A stretch of 62,763 bases of DNA, counting the filler, from Choristocarpus tenellus KU-1152 (taxonomy: Eukaryota > Protista > Phaeophyceae): the NCBI GenBank assembly GCA_964200185.2. It is 15 parts of 15 records of this genome, joined end to end, with 100 filler letters (N's around TTAATTAATTAA, not from the genome) between each part and the next. Parts side by side here need not be neighbours in the genome. Positions count along the whole stretch, not along the records: positions 39,397 to 44,611 come from CAXNAD020011480.1; positions 44,712 to 48,674 come from CAXNAD020016905.1; positions 48,775 to 52,425 come from CAXNAD020018732.1; 12 more parts are not named here. The stretch is one strand, 5' to 3'. The position numbers were made by a program, and so were the translations under genes. Of this stretch, positions 39,447-52,525 are shown one piece after another (the stretch's first letter is position 1; the number at the start of each line of letters is the position of its first letter). The notes under the pieces were generated by a model. It saw only the letters and a list, made by a program, of their open reading frames with translations. It searched no databases and had not been told where the DNA came from.

Positions 39447-40142
39447 TTATATGCCCATTGATTCTAAATAGCAATAATGATCACAGCACAAACGTTATCA
39501 AATAGACAATGAGAGTAAGCGCGTGAACATATTGATTATGAGCTCAAACATCACCACCCTGTGACAAAGCATAGAACCTACCCAACAGAACTCAGATTCA
39601 GAACGCAAACTGGTAGTAGTGTTGTGAATCGTGACAGTTCTCAATTGACTTCAGTTCGATTAATCCGAATAACCGAATAACTCAACTAAAATAGTTCAGT
39701 TGGTCGTTTTTTATAAATCAAATCACAAGCAGATGCGTGACTACTGAATACGTCCATCGTCACAGAAAAAACACATATTCATCGTAACTTATCAACACCC
39801 ACAGCGCACTAGATATTTCACTACCTATGGCTTTGAATCTGCCTGCTGAGACCTGTGAAGGCTTTGGAGGTTTCCCTCATGCACTGATAGCTCAATTCGG
39901 TTAAGCGAAAAAAAGATCTAGCTGATTAAATCATAGTCGTGAACTCTTTAGGTTCACACTAAAAATTGGTCAAAGAACGAAGTTGTAAATGGTTCCATTT
40001 ACTATCATAAGGTCGTCTCCTCTATTAGAGGGTGACTTCGAAGCCATGATTAGAAGAGCTGGCTCCATTCCTCTTGTGTCATAGTATTGTGAGGAGGGAT
40101 TCCCCAAAGCCACTAAACATATTTGGCACGTAGATATTTCTC

Positions 40143-40250
40143 ATTGAAGCCACCAAAACCCATGGTGAGCAGGCCGTTCATTGTAGCCACTAAATGCCCA
40201 TTGGTGAGTAGACCATTCGTTGAAGCACAAAATCCATTCGGTGAGTAGAT
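40143..40250 (+). repeat. Degenerate about 38-bp tandem repeat, 3 copies
   Basis: TTGAAGCCACCAAAACCCATGGTGAGCAGGCCGTTC-like units. Confidence 0.6.
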
Positions 40251-42066
40251 TTTTCTCTGGCTCAGTAGGACCTCGTGTTTTAGCATCAGGTTAAGTGACG
40301 TTGATGGGATAATATGGCATCCTCAGTACTCATGAGTGCAGGCAGCAATTAGTGCTGAAGAAGGCAACTGAACATAGATCGAACCACATACTGGTCATGT
40401 GGTCTGAAGTGCTATGCATGCGCTAGCACAATGTTGATTGGTTTCAAGAACATCTTTGGTATAAGGAGGATTAATGCCAAGAAATGAATGGTTAAGCACA
40501 GACAGCCTAGAGGGTCAAAGTGCTACAAGGTCGTGGCTACTTGTCTGGACCTCGTGACAATAATCCTTCATATAGGATTACAGAAAAAACAACACTCAGA
40601 TGAAGGTGAGATGGAAGATGTAGGCAGCTTGATGAGCAAGTTATCAGGTCATACAACAACTGACCGGAACCACTCAGATGGGACTCGCTTACTGCAATAT
40701 AATGTAACCCTTTTAAAACACGTAGATCACATTAAACTACTCGGTGTAACCCTCTCGGTACAAGAAGGACCGATACTGGAAAAGGTCAATCACGAACAGC
40801 CCAAAAAGAAAAGTTGCAGTAATAGCACTGCAATCATATGGAGTAGCAACCACAGACGGAATTTGTGTTGTACCTGGCTTCAATAATTGGAAAAGAACGA
40901 GAATTTCCCTCTATCTTTCAACGTCAACTCTTATTGCCTTGTACCTGTTCGCCCAAATGAACTAAGGTACTGTAATCTCCATTTAACTGTCTTGCTGAGT
41001 GTCCTTGCTATTGCATTGGCTTGTATCCTTCATTATCATACACAATTCAGCCATACACCCATACTTGTACAACAATATTTACCCAATGTCACCTATGAGT
41101 CTTCCTCTTTAAGTTTACCTCTTCTGCGATGTTTGCTGTGTCCACTCCACATTTTGCACTCTCTTCCCTAAACCCAACCCTCATACTCCAGTACTACTTC
41201 CTAGTTCCTACTGCTTCTGATAGGTGTTGCCTCCACACCACGCAGGTCCTTACTTGTAATCACGTACAAGACCCAGTTGCTTCCAAATCTCGAGGACGTT
41301 CCAAAGACTTGAGGGGAGTGCATAGATAGGGTGGTTGGAGATCTGCGAACAATAAATAATTATCTGTTTGAAGTCCACCGCAGTACGTGACGAACTGCTG
41401 TAAGGCTTAGCGCATATAAGGCTTGTCGCCCAAAGCTGCTGGTTGAGTTACATGGTGAACATACACTGACTCATCATACTGTTGTTTATCATACCATTTG
41501 CATGTTACAACTTGTACCAAACCAAACGTACATCAAAACTATGTTATATACTTGTATCAGCACATACAACGTAAGGATAACACTAGGTCATTCAACATGA
41601 GCAAATAGTATCCCATCTCCTCATGCAAGGCTCTTGGTCAGGACATACTGCAACATCTGCTGGTGGGCATAGGCTAGCAGAAAGGCGGTCCTGCTGAATG
41701 CTCATAATAGTGGTCTCTCAACACAATGAATGCTTTACAAAATTGCATCCAACCTATTTCAAGTACATATAGTAGTCAATGTGCACATAAAACATAGACA
41801 CATAGTTTATCAATTGTGTACAATTACAGTGCACACAAGGATCCAGAGACTCTGCTTGCACATACCGAATGAGCACCACTTAGGAAGGCATCTCTCGACT
41901 TGAAAAGCACAGCAGAGTGGAGTAAGGTGAAGGGGGAGTACACTATTAAATATATATATATACAGTGCCCACAGTGCCTCATGTGTGGATCATCAACCAA
42001 AATGAAAGGGCATCATAACACAGGACAAGACCTCAACTCTTTTGATCGGGGTTGTGGAGTGCACTG

Positions 42067-44157
42067 TTACGCCTTGACCCCTCTGGAATAATGATCAGCA
42101 TTTCCCGAAGACAGGTCATACTCAAAAGTGAAGCGGTATGACAGCAGGGGTACGCTGTACTGCTCCAGCACGACACTTACTCTCCTGCTCTTGCCATATT
42201 TTACATCGCCCTTGCCCTCATCCCCACCTTCACCATTGTTCCCAGTGCGGTATCCTTCCACCCTATGTATGGTGTCCCCTCGGAAAGATACAAGAAGGTT
42301 CTCAACCGGTTTGACCCAAGCATCCGGGGGCAGGAGACGGTTCAACCAAGCTGTTGGGAGGTAAGTAAGCAAATAGGGAAAGAGCTTAACCCTTAGCCAG
42401 TTGTACCCGTACATCTCCAGGCGACCCCCAGTCATATCCTCCGGTAGAGACACATAAAGGACATTTACCTAGAGGGAAATTTAACACAAGTGCGAGGCAG
42501 AGTGCTGTAACTGTGTGTTCACATTTTATTGCAATCAACACAGGCTGAGAACAAGTATGTAGTGAAAGTTAGAATGGTTGAGGGTGGGACAGGCTGGATG
42601 ATGAGGAGGAAGAAAGTCAAAGGACAATGATCTCCCCTACCTTAACTTGTCTCCCGATTACAGCAATGTTGGGGGACTCTTTCTCTCTGAAGGTGCTCTC
42701 TATAAATTAGAACAAAACAGTTCTTTCCCCGTCCCTTCAATAAAACAGCCCATGCAGCTAAAATAGGAGGCTCCGCTGCTCTTGTCCCCTCTCACTAATT
42801 GAGCACCACTTAGGCTACTCTCATTCACACCTCTCAAACTGGAATGTACACCAATGCACAAGGGAACAACAGTTGCAATGGTGTTATACTAACCAAGCAA
42901 GCAAGAGGGTTCTGTCAAGTCCAACTATTGCTAAAATATCATACCGATCCAATCATAGAAAAAAAAAGAGATGCACAGGCACTTAAGTAGGCTGACAAAC
43001 ATCCCCTATATTGCTACTTGTAATGGTAAGATCCTATCCATATGCATAGGTTGCACAAACCATGCTGTACCCTTACAAACTTTGTAAACACACATGCACA
43101 AAAAATCAAATCATGCATCTCACAATCACAGACAATGCATGCTCCAATCACATCACATCAGACCCAACTCACCACATGAGCAAGAAACGAATCTCTAGAC
43201 CTCGTACCCAGTGTCTCATCCACATGGGGAGACACTGCGAGGTCGTCCTCCCCCTCCCCCTTCCCCTCTCCCTCCTCAACCGGATTGCACAGGAGTACAT
43301 TGAGGACCCAGGCATTAGCCAGGGGGTCCCTCACCCTATCAAAGTAATTAGATAGTGCTCCAAGGGCTGGATCAGATCTCAATCGAGAAATACCCTCTCT
43401 GTTAAACTTCACCACAAATCCTTCAGTCTTCTGTACACCTCAATGGCACATCAAATAGTGAAGCAGAGGGGGAGGAAGGGGATGAAGGGGAGGAGGGGGA
43501 GGAGGGGGAGGAGGGGGAGGAGACAAGTCCCATTTCAGTCAGAGCACTCACCTGTCTAGGGTGTAGAGTGGTGGAGTGCACAGAGGAACCCCCATTGGTT
43601 TTTTTTCATATTTTTGCATGCATTTTCAAAAACCTTAACCCTACATATAACCCTAACTTGTGTGTGCAAAATATCCATATGCAGCTAAGGAAACAATCTA
43701 GAAAAGGTGGTGGAGGAGTATAATGTGCACTGGGGACCCACAACCTCTCAAGAATCCATCAGTTTACTTTTCACAACTCATTTCCAAGAATCTAACCCTA
43801 ACTCTAACCCTAACCTGTCCGCAAAAAAAAAATGTTTGAAGAAGTGGAAGAAGTATGACCATGGAGGTTCCCCGAGACAGAGGGGTTCCCCTGAGTGCTT
43901 CAGCAGCAGTGAGGAGGAGGTTAGTTAAGGATACTTTATCAACTCTTGCACGTGGTGAAAGCTGGAGCACAAAAGCAGAATACCCAAGTTTGAAAAACTA
44001 CAGCAGGAATCAGCATAGGGACTTGATTTGTGCATTGTATCAACGATGAACACCGCCCACACAGAAGTACATAGTGACTCCACCGCACAAATGTCACCTG
44101 GAAGTTTTCCGCATTGAGGGCATTGTCGCCCATGTAGTGGTGTCCATCGACCTCCTC
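42067..44157 (-). CDS. 2-oxoglutarate/Fe(II)-dependent oxygenase, 3' exons (44157-44098, 43430-43173, 42468-42067)
   Basis: Spliced EEVDGHHYMGDNALNAENFQ|KTEGFVVKFNREG...VSPHVDETL...FLAHV|VNVLYVSLPEDMTGGRL...FRGDTIHRVE...RRVSVVLEQY. HxD...H facial triad plus RxS motif. Confidence 0.85.
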
Positions 44158-44254
44158 CTTCAGACACCAACAACCCACCACGAAAATTACAGCGGTTGCA
44201 ACCGGGTTGAGCGGCAAGGTTTGGCCAGAACGACAAAAACAAGGGCAAAAGGTA

Positions 44255-44358
44255 CACAGACACAGACAGACAGACACACAGACAGACACACAGACAGATA
44301 CAGACAGACACACAGACAGATACAGACAGATACAGACAGCACAGACACACAGACAGAC
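44255..44358 (+). repeat. (CAGA/CA)n microsatellite
   Basis: CACAGACACAGACAGACAGACACACAGAC... Confidence 0.9.
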
Positions 44359-44532
44359 ATGCAAGGTAAGAGGGAGAAGGTCCCATGACGAATATTATTG
44401 TGGGAATAAGGTTAGCATCAATAGGGACATAAAGAGGGGGGAGAGGGAGGCGCATGCAGTCAAGACCACGGGAATGAGACAAGAGTGCTTCGTGGATAAC
44501 AACAACAGTAATGGCTTAGTAGGTTAGGCATA

Positions 44533-44611
44533 GAGTCGAAATATCTTAGAGGGTAGAGCCGTGTCCATTTGGGGGCCAAAATCTAATGTTGCAATTTTGA
44601 TGTAATTTTGG
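44533..44611. mobile_element. MITE left end (subfamily A), truncated by contig end
   Basis: GAGTCGAAATATCTTAGAGGGTAGAGCCGTGTCCATTTGGGGGCCAAAATC... matches 1210 and 55150. Confidence 0.85.
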
Positions 44612-44711
44612 NNNNNNNNNNNNNNNNNNNNNNNNNNNNNNNNNNNNNNNNNNNNTTAATTAATTAANNNNNNNNNNNNNNNNNNNNNNNNNNNNNNNNN
44701 NNNNNNNNNNN
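44612..44711. other. Artificial contig linker
   Basis: 44 N + TTAATTAATTAA + 44 N. Confidence 0.98.
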
Positions 44712-45041
44712 GGGGTGGGGGGTGGGGGTGGGGGGGGGGGGGGGGGGGGGGGGGGGTGGGAGGGGGGAGAAGGTATAGGCTGAGTTTGTTTTTCCTCTTT
44801 TTTTAATAGGCCTTAATATTTTGATTTGTTTTTCGGATTTCAGATCGATTTTGTTGCTATGACAAGTCTGTGTGGAATCTTTCACTTTCTATTATTTGTT
44901 GAAGTATGTGTTATCCCCCCCCCTTCCATTTCTGTTTCTGTCACAATCTGCATATCTGCCCACATTGATTGCGCTTGGATTTCTACGTTGTACTCACTTT
45001 CATGTCCTGATTTTATTACGAATCCTCAAACTTCTCACCAG

Positions 45042-46879
45042 GCGGTTGTGACAGTCAAGGATGTATGGCGCAATACCTCAGCATCCATGGCCCTTTCTTC
45101 TCTGACCGCATTAGATTGGGTTTGTGGGGGGATTGTGAATGGTGACAAGGAAGGGGTATACCTCATCTTGGATGAGTCATTTGCAGTTAGCACCTCTGTC
45201 GGTGAGTCAGTAGTTTGAGGTGTTGTATATGGAAGGGTCTTGGCTGGAGATGTGCAGCGTGTCATAGGCAATGTGTCACTTGTAAGTGGAAATGGTTGTG
45301 AGAAGTTGGACGTAAGATTCCTTGTTGATCGAGCGTCGTCAAGAGTCAATAGGTGCTACTCCTGTAGGGTGACTTCCTATTTTCAAAGTGTGTGCAGGTT
45401 ACAGAGCGTAGGTCTTATGGTTGTTAGAAATGGGTTTGCCTTGCTCAACAAATCTCCATTACCACATAACTTTATTTTTTATTTTGAATATTACAGTGAT
45501 TGATATTATCATCATTGGTACTGATCTGATTCCTCCAAATGTGCACATGTACTATTCATATACTACTAATAAGAATGTTGACACAGAGCACAACATTTAT
45601 ATTCATTGACTGTAGTTCATTTGAGATGTTTTTATGCTGTGAGCTTGCTGGAAAGATGGGCGTGATTCTCGAGCGTTGAAACCCCTGTCAGAACTTACAT
45701 GCATTTGCTTAGGGCATGATACCCTGTAGCTAAAATATGAGTACTCTGCATCCAGTAAATTTCATGGATATTCTGTTGTACAGAGGAAAGAGCAAATTAA
45801 TCTTTTAAATGTTAGAACAGGGATTTTGTTAGGGGGACGCTGATTTTATCTTTTATTATGCTTGATATGTGTGTTTAGTTGTGATGAAATGTTTGTAAAA
45901 GTTGCTGAAGAGTGCTGGGGTTATAAAATCGCAGCCCTTTGATAGCCCAGCATATTGATCTGGTGTAGAGTGCTTGGGTTTGGTTGGCGTATGCATGGAA
46001 GTAGTAAATTGTCTTGAAGCAGCACTAATTTAAGTAGGATAGGTTACAATCACAAAGATCTTTTGATGGTGCTTTTGGTTGGGATTAGAACCTTTTTCAA
46101 TACTCTGAAGGTATCATATAGGTGTAGGGATCGATAGAGTGGCTGAACTTTGTACCTGGAGAAAAGGTGGGTCGGAGTCTCTCTTCATGCCAGAGCTGTG
46201 AAGAAAGAGAAACAAACCGCATTAATGGTATTCATGACTAGGATGAATGAAATGTTGGAAGAGTTATTACAGGTATAGAGCATTTTTGAGGAAGGTTTGT
46301 TTATTGGTATTGACATCTGTACCCTTTGTTTTCATCAGTAGGTATGATTTCCCCATATCACCATGCTTCTAGGTATATATATATATGTCTTCTATCAATT
46401 CAGTCTGTGTGTGTGTGTTTGTGGTTTTTGTGCTTAGACTGAAAAATTTGTTGCTGCTTCTTATGGTTTGATGCCAAAACCAAGATCAAAAGACAAGCAG
46501 AAACTTCACACAAGAAATACCATAACATTTAACATGTACCCCCGCTGTCTGGAATGACCCCTCTGCATCAGATGGATCCAATAAATTGACTATTCTTCCC
46601 GTGCAAAGTCCCCTCCACCCCTCCCCCCATTGTGTTCACTTCTTACCAATCCTTCGTTCTATTTTTGTTGATGAGTTAAACCCCTTGAATCTTTTTCTTT
46701 CTTTTTTTGCCGCAGGAGCTGAGAGGCGTGTTTTTGATGATGAGTCTCCTGTCATGTGTTGGGATGAGTCCGACGGTTTAGAAGTGTGTGTCTCTCCAAA
46801 CCTTGTCTGCCGAAAACCTGACAAGACGATTGGGGCTGGAGATAACATTTCCGGAGCAGGACTTGTTCTTCAGCTGTGA
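45042..46879 (+). CDS. ADPGK: ADP-dependent glucokinase, last two exons (45042-45201, 46716-46879)
   Basis: WRNTSASMALSSLTALDWVCG...YLILDESFAVSTSVG|AERRVFDDESPVMCWDE...VCVSPNLVCRKPDKTIGAGDNISGAGLVLQL-stop. TxGxGD(N)IS ribokinase-fold catalytic motif in the ADPGK C-terminal context. Confidence 0.85.
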
Positions 46880-48674
46880 TTTGATATTTTTTGGTATTAT
46901 AATAGTGTATGACAGACTTTTTTGTGGTGATAAATCGTGATTGTTTGGTGGCGTTTATTTTTTCCTGCCAGCATTACAGTGTTTTGCTGACCCCTTTCCT
47001 TGTATGCAGTGTGTGTCTTGTGGTTCCCCTATGTTGTATTTTCCTTCGTACCAGTTGTTGTGGATGCAGTAGAGGAGTGCGATAAGTCCCAGAGGTTAGG
47101 TCTTCCTTTGACGATTAGAGGTTGTGCTTTCTATTGTAGGTACTTGGTACGAGGTTTAGATAAGTAACCATCCCCTTCCAAGTTGCTACATGTAGTAGTG
47201 GTTTGATATCTTTACCCAAGGTGTTAAAATGGCAGCGAAATGGAATTTAAGAGGCAGGTGGGTGGGCGGGTGGGTCAAAGGATAGCAGTGGTAGAACTCA
47301 ATCCAGCATCCAAACGATGAATGGTAGTAGGTATGGTTTTATTTCGTACCACTCTGCCTCTTTTGTGCTTAAGGGAATTATGATGTTGCCAAGGACAGCA
47401 GTCTGCCATGCTGATAGACAGTAGGACTTGCTTGTTTATTCGTGTTGAGGCGAAAACTGACCATGTTTGCTGTTTTTTCTGTTTTATTAAGTGAGGAAGT
47501 GAGTTGCAGTCCACACTAATACAAAGATGCCTTGCTTCCTTTTTGTTGTGATGATGTAATATGAACAGTATTGGTGACATTTTGGAGTACTAGAATGCCG
47601 TAATATCAGAATATAGTAGTCGTGCACATGATATGGCATGACATTAAATCTATTGTTTGGAATAGTATGCATTTAACTGTTAAGTATTCGTAAAAGAAAC
47701 ACATAATACACATTGCTACTGTTTGGGTTAAGAAAACAGTACATATATTTCAGCAAGCCAAACGCAACAAAACATGGTCCATTGCATCCGTTCCTAGTGG
47801 AACAGGTCGATGTTCTGATGCATGCTTCATTAGGTACTGAGAACCAAATGTTATGTGTGTTTCATATATGATTTTGGTGTCGAATATGATGGGTATCAAG
47901 CCTAGAGTCAGGGGGTAGGTGGTGGTACCTGTGATTGTCATGAGAGACAACCAGTTAATGGAGATTCTTCTCAGAACTGGAACTGAGGATCCATGGTGAT
48001 TCGTCAGTGAATCAGAGGACTGTCAGCAATGTTCTCCACACAAGGATTGCCCCTGGATATATTCTCACACTCACAAACCAGGAAAGACCCTTGGTGAAAC
48101 TCTTTATCTGAGATCTGTGACCAGAGACATCTCTTGATTCGGCAGGACCATGGATAAGACTCTCAACCTGAGATCCCCTCCCCCTCCCCCAGACAGTGAG
48201 CCCCACAAGCTCATGCTCACAACAAGGCTGTCCCAGTCAGAAGAGAACAGGGCAAGAGGACAAAACAAACTGACACACAAGTGGGCGCTGAAACACTCTT
48301 TTTGCATTATACGACATGAATCCATCATTCAAATGAGAAACTTGTAATTGTCGTAACTCCACTATTGATTAGTCAAAAGATAACGTACAAGGAACTTCCC
48401 ACATGGATTGTTCTTTTGTGGTCTCCTCCAAGGGGAGCCAAGAATGACTGAAGAGAATTACCCCAAACTGTAGTCTCCTCCACATGGGGAAGCTATTAAA
48501 GACTAAAAAGGATTCCCACATGGATTTCCCGATGTGTTATCCGTCTATAGAACAACCTCTTAGCAAAATTGAGGATGGAGTATACCATGGAGGATGGATT
48601 TGACCCAAAATGGTGCGCGGAAAGTGCCCATATATACGTTTCTTTTGAAAAAAATGTTGCGGCGCTTTTTAAGG

Positions 48675-48774
48675 NNNNNNNNNNNNNNNNNNNNNNNNNN
48701 NNNNNNNNNNNNNNNNNNTTAATTAATTAANNNNNNNNNNNNNNNNNNNNNNNNNNNNNNNNNNNNNNNNNNNN
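48675..48774. other. Artificial contig linker
   Basis: 44 N + TTAATTAATTAA + 44 N. Confidence 0.98.
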
Positions 48775-48816
48775 CCCAAATGGACAGCCGCCACCCCCTC
48801 CCAGATACTTTGAGTC
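48775..48816 (-). mobile_element. MITE terminus (CAAAGTATCT family)
   Basis: CCCAAATGGACAGCCGCCACCCCCTCCCAGATACTTTGAGTC. Confidence 0.8.
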
Positions 48817-49122
48817 AGAGTGCTTCAGGCACGGAACCCACAGTGGAAGGATCAACTTGACTATTGTGCTAATGTTTTTTGAAGTGTACGGGTACGTTTG
48901 GTACCTTCTATATATAAGCCAATCACATGTATAATACACACACACACACACACACATGTGTAGGTTTGTTTGTACATGTTTGGAGGTTGTGCGCCAGTGA
49001 GACAGAGATAAGCAATCCTTGGAACAGTTCCACAAAATACATGCATGCGCCTTCTTGTTGCCTGGATCAGATTCAGTGCATCAAGAATGCTTCATCCCCA
49101 TTCAATAGACTCGTAAACATAC

Positions 49123-51775
49123 CTCATGGATTTCGGCTGCATTTCCCACAAGAACAACAGCCTTCTCCAGAGCTTCTGCACAGTCCTCATAGCAAGAGTA
49201 TAGCAGTGCATGAGCAGCGGTTTTGCACAGAAACTCTACAGCCCGTGGCATATCCCCCTTGTAGAGTCACAGCATGGGTGAGTTCATAATCATTAGTTTT
49301 ATGAAGGATCAGGTCCTACTAGAAGTAGGTAGTGAGCTCTAGTGGTAATGTTCGGAGATCAAAATGCACCTCTGTCTCGGCGCAAACAAAATACAGCTCT
49401 GTCTGGACTCCAATCAAGAAATTTGGGAGCACTTTAAAGAATTGAGAAAAGTAGTATTAGGGTTAGAGCACCGTGGAACCTTCAACCATGGGAGCTCCAG
49501 ACTTGACTCTAAAGTAAGTCCTCTTCGGCACTTATTGTGCAAGACCTGCTGAGGTTTCTTCTTGTCTAAGAGATCGGTTTTAACATTTCAATTGATATAA
49601 AGCGGGTAGTCCACGAAAAATCAAGAAACCATACATTTGCTTACCTTAGCCTTGATGAGGTGGTATGTTATGACTGATAAGTAGTGGGGTTCATCAGCGT
49701 GCTTGAACATGTAGTAGTCTGCCACCGCCTGAGGGGATAGGTTTTGCGCAGGATGCTGATGTTTCTATTCTGTGACACCTCGTTTCTGCACAATCTCAAG
49801 TGCATTATCACAAACTTGCTGGAAACAAATAATAACTGCTGATGTTGTTGGAGAGGCGTACTCCAAGAAGAGATGCATTCAATTGCCATCAAGGTTTTGA
49901 GTTTCCTAGCAATGAGCAAAGTCCATGCCATTGCCATTGGGTGGTACACAAAAGTAATACAGTTTGACTGCTTGCTTCTTACTCCCCTTGACTTCATGCA
50001 AGATATGACATAAACACCGTGTTTCAGGGGCACAGAAGTGACCTGTACTGAACTACCTTATGAATCTTCTTCCTGCTCGATGCTGGCGTCAAGTTGTACA
50101 GCACTGTGTGTACCATGGTACTTCGGAATCTGTAGTAGGAATGCCTTGAGTAGACAAGGAATTTAGCCGTAACGAGTGCCTGTTGAAGAGGTATGCATCA
50201 GCATCATATTGTGTTAGGCTTCAGCCAGGTTCAGACTAAGCATTTTCCTTAAAAGGTTGGGGAGTTGGCCATGTGCACAAGGTCAGACTGTTGTTAGTTG
50301 GAGGTTCCAGACTAAGGATAGTACATATTCAAAGCCAAAGTCTATTTGGGTCCAAGTTTAGGGGCATGACCAATGGCTAGGGTCAGGGTGAGAGTCTCAA
50401 CTAGGGAATAAACATTAGGGTTGGAATTGAGATCTTTCTAATGAGATATGTGTGTATGTGTGTGTGTGTGTCAAGGTTCAAAGCTGGGAGGGATCAGTCC
50501 TAGGATTCCGACATGTACCAACCTCGGGATATCAATCAAGCAGGTATCCTTAGCTGTGGCGAGGGTTTAATAAGTGAACAGTTGAAGTGCTGGAGGCTTT
50601 CTACATGAGGAGGCATACAATGGAAGTGGGCAAGTACAACCAACTATAGGGTCTGCTAATGCTAAACTTCGACCTTACACATTTTGCAGTAGGCTTCATC
50701 CAAAGGTTAACCCACCTCCAACTGTTCCTTACCAAATTGGGACAACTCTGGCAGCAGTGAAGCATTGTGGTATACAGCAGTAGGCAAGACAATTCTGCGC
50801 CCTGACAATGGACTCCAAAGCTGTGCAAATTGTCAGTATAGTTTCATTATTTTACTGTTCCTTCACTTGATTTGAAAAGTTAACCTCTCAGTGGTACTAT
50901 GGAACACATGAATTTACCTATCACAGTTATCGCAGAACTATTCCTCAAATCTGCAACCAAGAACAAAAACATTTTACGATTCTACACCCTAACCCTAACC
51001 CTAACCCTAATCCCATGTCAGGATAGTCAGGCCAGACAATAAAGGCTAACTAACGTGACACAATACAAGTGAAGTCTGCTTAGAGGGCAACCTGGATGAT
51101 AAGCTCGAGCTGAGCCCTTATGTTCCTGGGCATCACCACCTGCAGAAGGCAAATGCTAAATTCCACACCCGCCACGCTAGCGCATCGAATCACAGACTAC
51201 CAGGAATTGAGAGGGGTCAAGCAGATAGGTCTCTGTTCAGCAATGTGCGGGGATAGTAGGTTACAAGTTACCCCTCCTAATCTCAGGATTGTGATCATGT
51301 TGCGGGTGCGTATGAAATGGTTGTTTAAACAATCCAACTGACAGGGAAGCATGCAATTCGTGATATGCAATGCGCTAGAGACTCATAATTGAGGCAACAA
51401 TTGCTTGCTGTCTCAACGAGGGTTTCTCACTGGGGAACAACAACAGCCTTCCAACAACAAGTTTTCGTTCAAACTACTTTCAAGGAACATATGTGCCCTA
51501 TCTTCAACTAGCTGATCCGCACACTCCTACACAACCCTAATTCCAAGTGTGTACACGCAACAGCAAGAGCAATGAAATCAGTGTAGGTGGCAACGATCAC
51601 CTGCTCCTCGACAAGTAGTCGCTCGAAGCGGCAGACTACCAAGACACCTAGGCGGCTCATCAACGCAGCACCTTTAGCGTCTGGCTTGCCCTCCCCACTG
51701 TCTTGACCCTCCCCCATCTTGCTCATGAAGGTGCTAATTCCATGCTCAAGGATGTATTTTACCACCTCTACACAC
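49123..51775 (-). CDS. Post-ATPase helical/TPR region of a soluble-adenylate-cyclase-like STAND protein, internal exons (51775-51601, 51196-51092, 50179-50057, 49728-49645, 49257-49123)
   Basis: In-phase splicing: LVVCRFERLLVEEQ|SVIRCASVAGVEFSICLL...|ALVTAKFL...YRFRSTMVHTVLYNLTPASSRKKIHK|AVADYY...VITYHLIKAK|GDMPRAVEFL. This matches the RLD.L...ASV.G..F and Y.F.H....V.Y......R..H..A pattern of AC/GC-AAA (ADCY10-like) proteins. The cyclase domain itself is not in this contig. Confidence 0.75.
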
Positions 51776-52405
51776 CTGGAAAAAGACAGTTACACGTCTT
51801 TTAAGGTTGTTGGGGTGACACTGCTGCTATGGTTCAAGTTCTTACAATGTTGATGGTAGCAATGAGAGTGTGATTGATGTTTGCTACAAGATTATGGCAA
51901 CAATGCTCTGACTCTGGGTTTGCGATATAAAGGAGGTGAGGATTCAGCAACAGTCATCTGCCACAATCCCACCCATCACTGCAAAGCAAACAGTAATGAA
52001 GGACCATCAACTATGGATAGGCAGCATGCTTCAAAATGCTGAGCTCTGAAGCACCTTTGAAGCTCTCTCACACAGAACATCAAATCATTGACTGACTCCC
52101 TCAATCACCTCTCTCCTACTCCCTTCCTACAATACTTCCTACTCTCAAAGGATACAACTCTAGTAGCATGCACATGATATAATCCCCCAAGAACAATCGC
52201 AAACCATGTATTTTTCGAACTCGAAAAATTCGTTGACCAGCGACAGTCAGAACTTGGGCTGGACCAAAAAGACCCTGAGCTTTTCCCAGCGATAAAGCTC
52301 TGAACGAAATCATTGTATCAAGTACAAAACATGGTAGATCCAATTGCCGGTGCACTTCCGCCTGCCCTCAGTTTCCAGGGGAGGTGCAAAACTAATCAAG
52401 GGAAA

Positions 52406-52425
52406 GACCCAAAGTATCTGGGGGG
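52406..52425 (+). mobile_element. MITE terminus (CAAAGTATCT family) at contig end
   Basis: GACCCAAAGTATCTGGGGGG. Confidence 0.7.
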
Positions 52426-52525
52426 NNNNNNNNNNNNNNNNNNNNNNNNNNNNNNNNNNNNNNNNNNNNTTAATTAATTAANNNNNNNNNNNNNNNNNNN
52501 NNNNNNNNNNNNNNNNNNNNNNNNN
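52426..52525. other. Artificial contig linker
   Basis: 44 N + TTAATTAATTAA + 44 N. Confidence 0.98.

Noticed and set aside
40690-40900. LINE RT thumb-like phrase LKHVDHIKLLGVTL
   Set aside because: Single short motif with no supporting RT motifs.
43764-43970. Candidate extra exon in the 2OG oxygenase gene
   Set aside because: The flanking exons already join in frame with a sensible sequence (NAENFQ|KTEGF).
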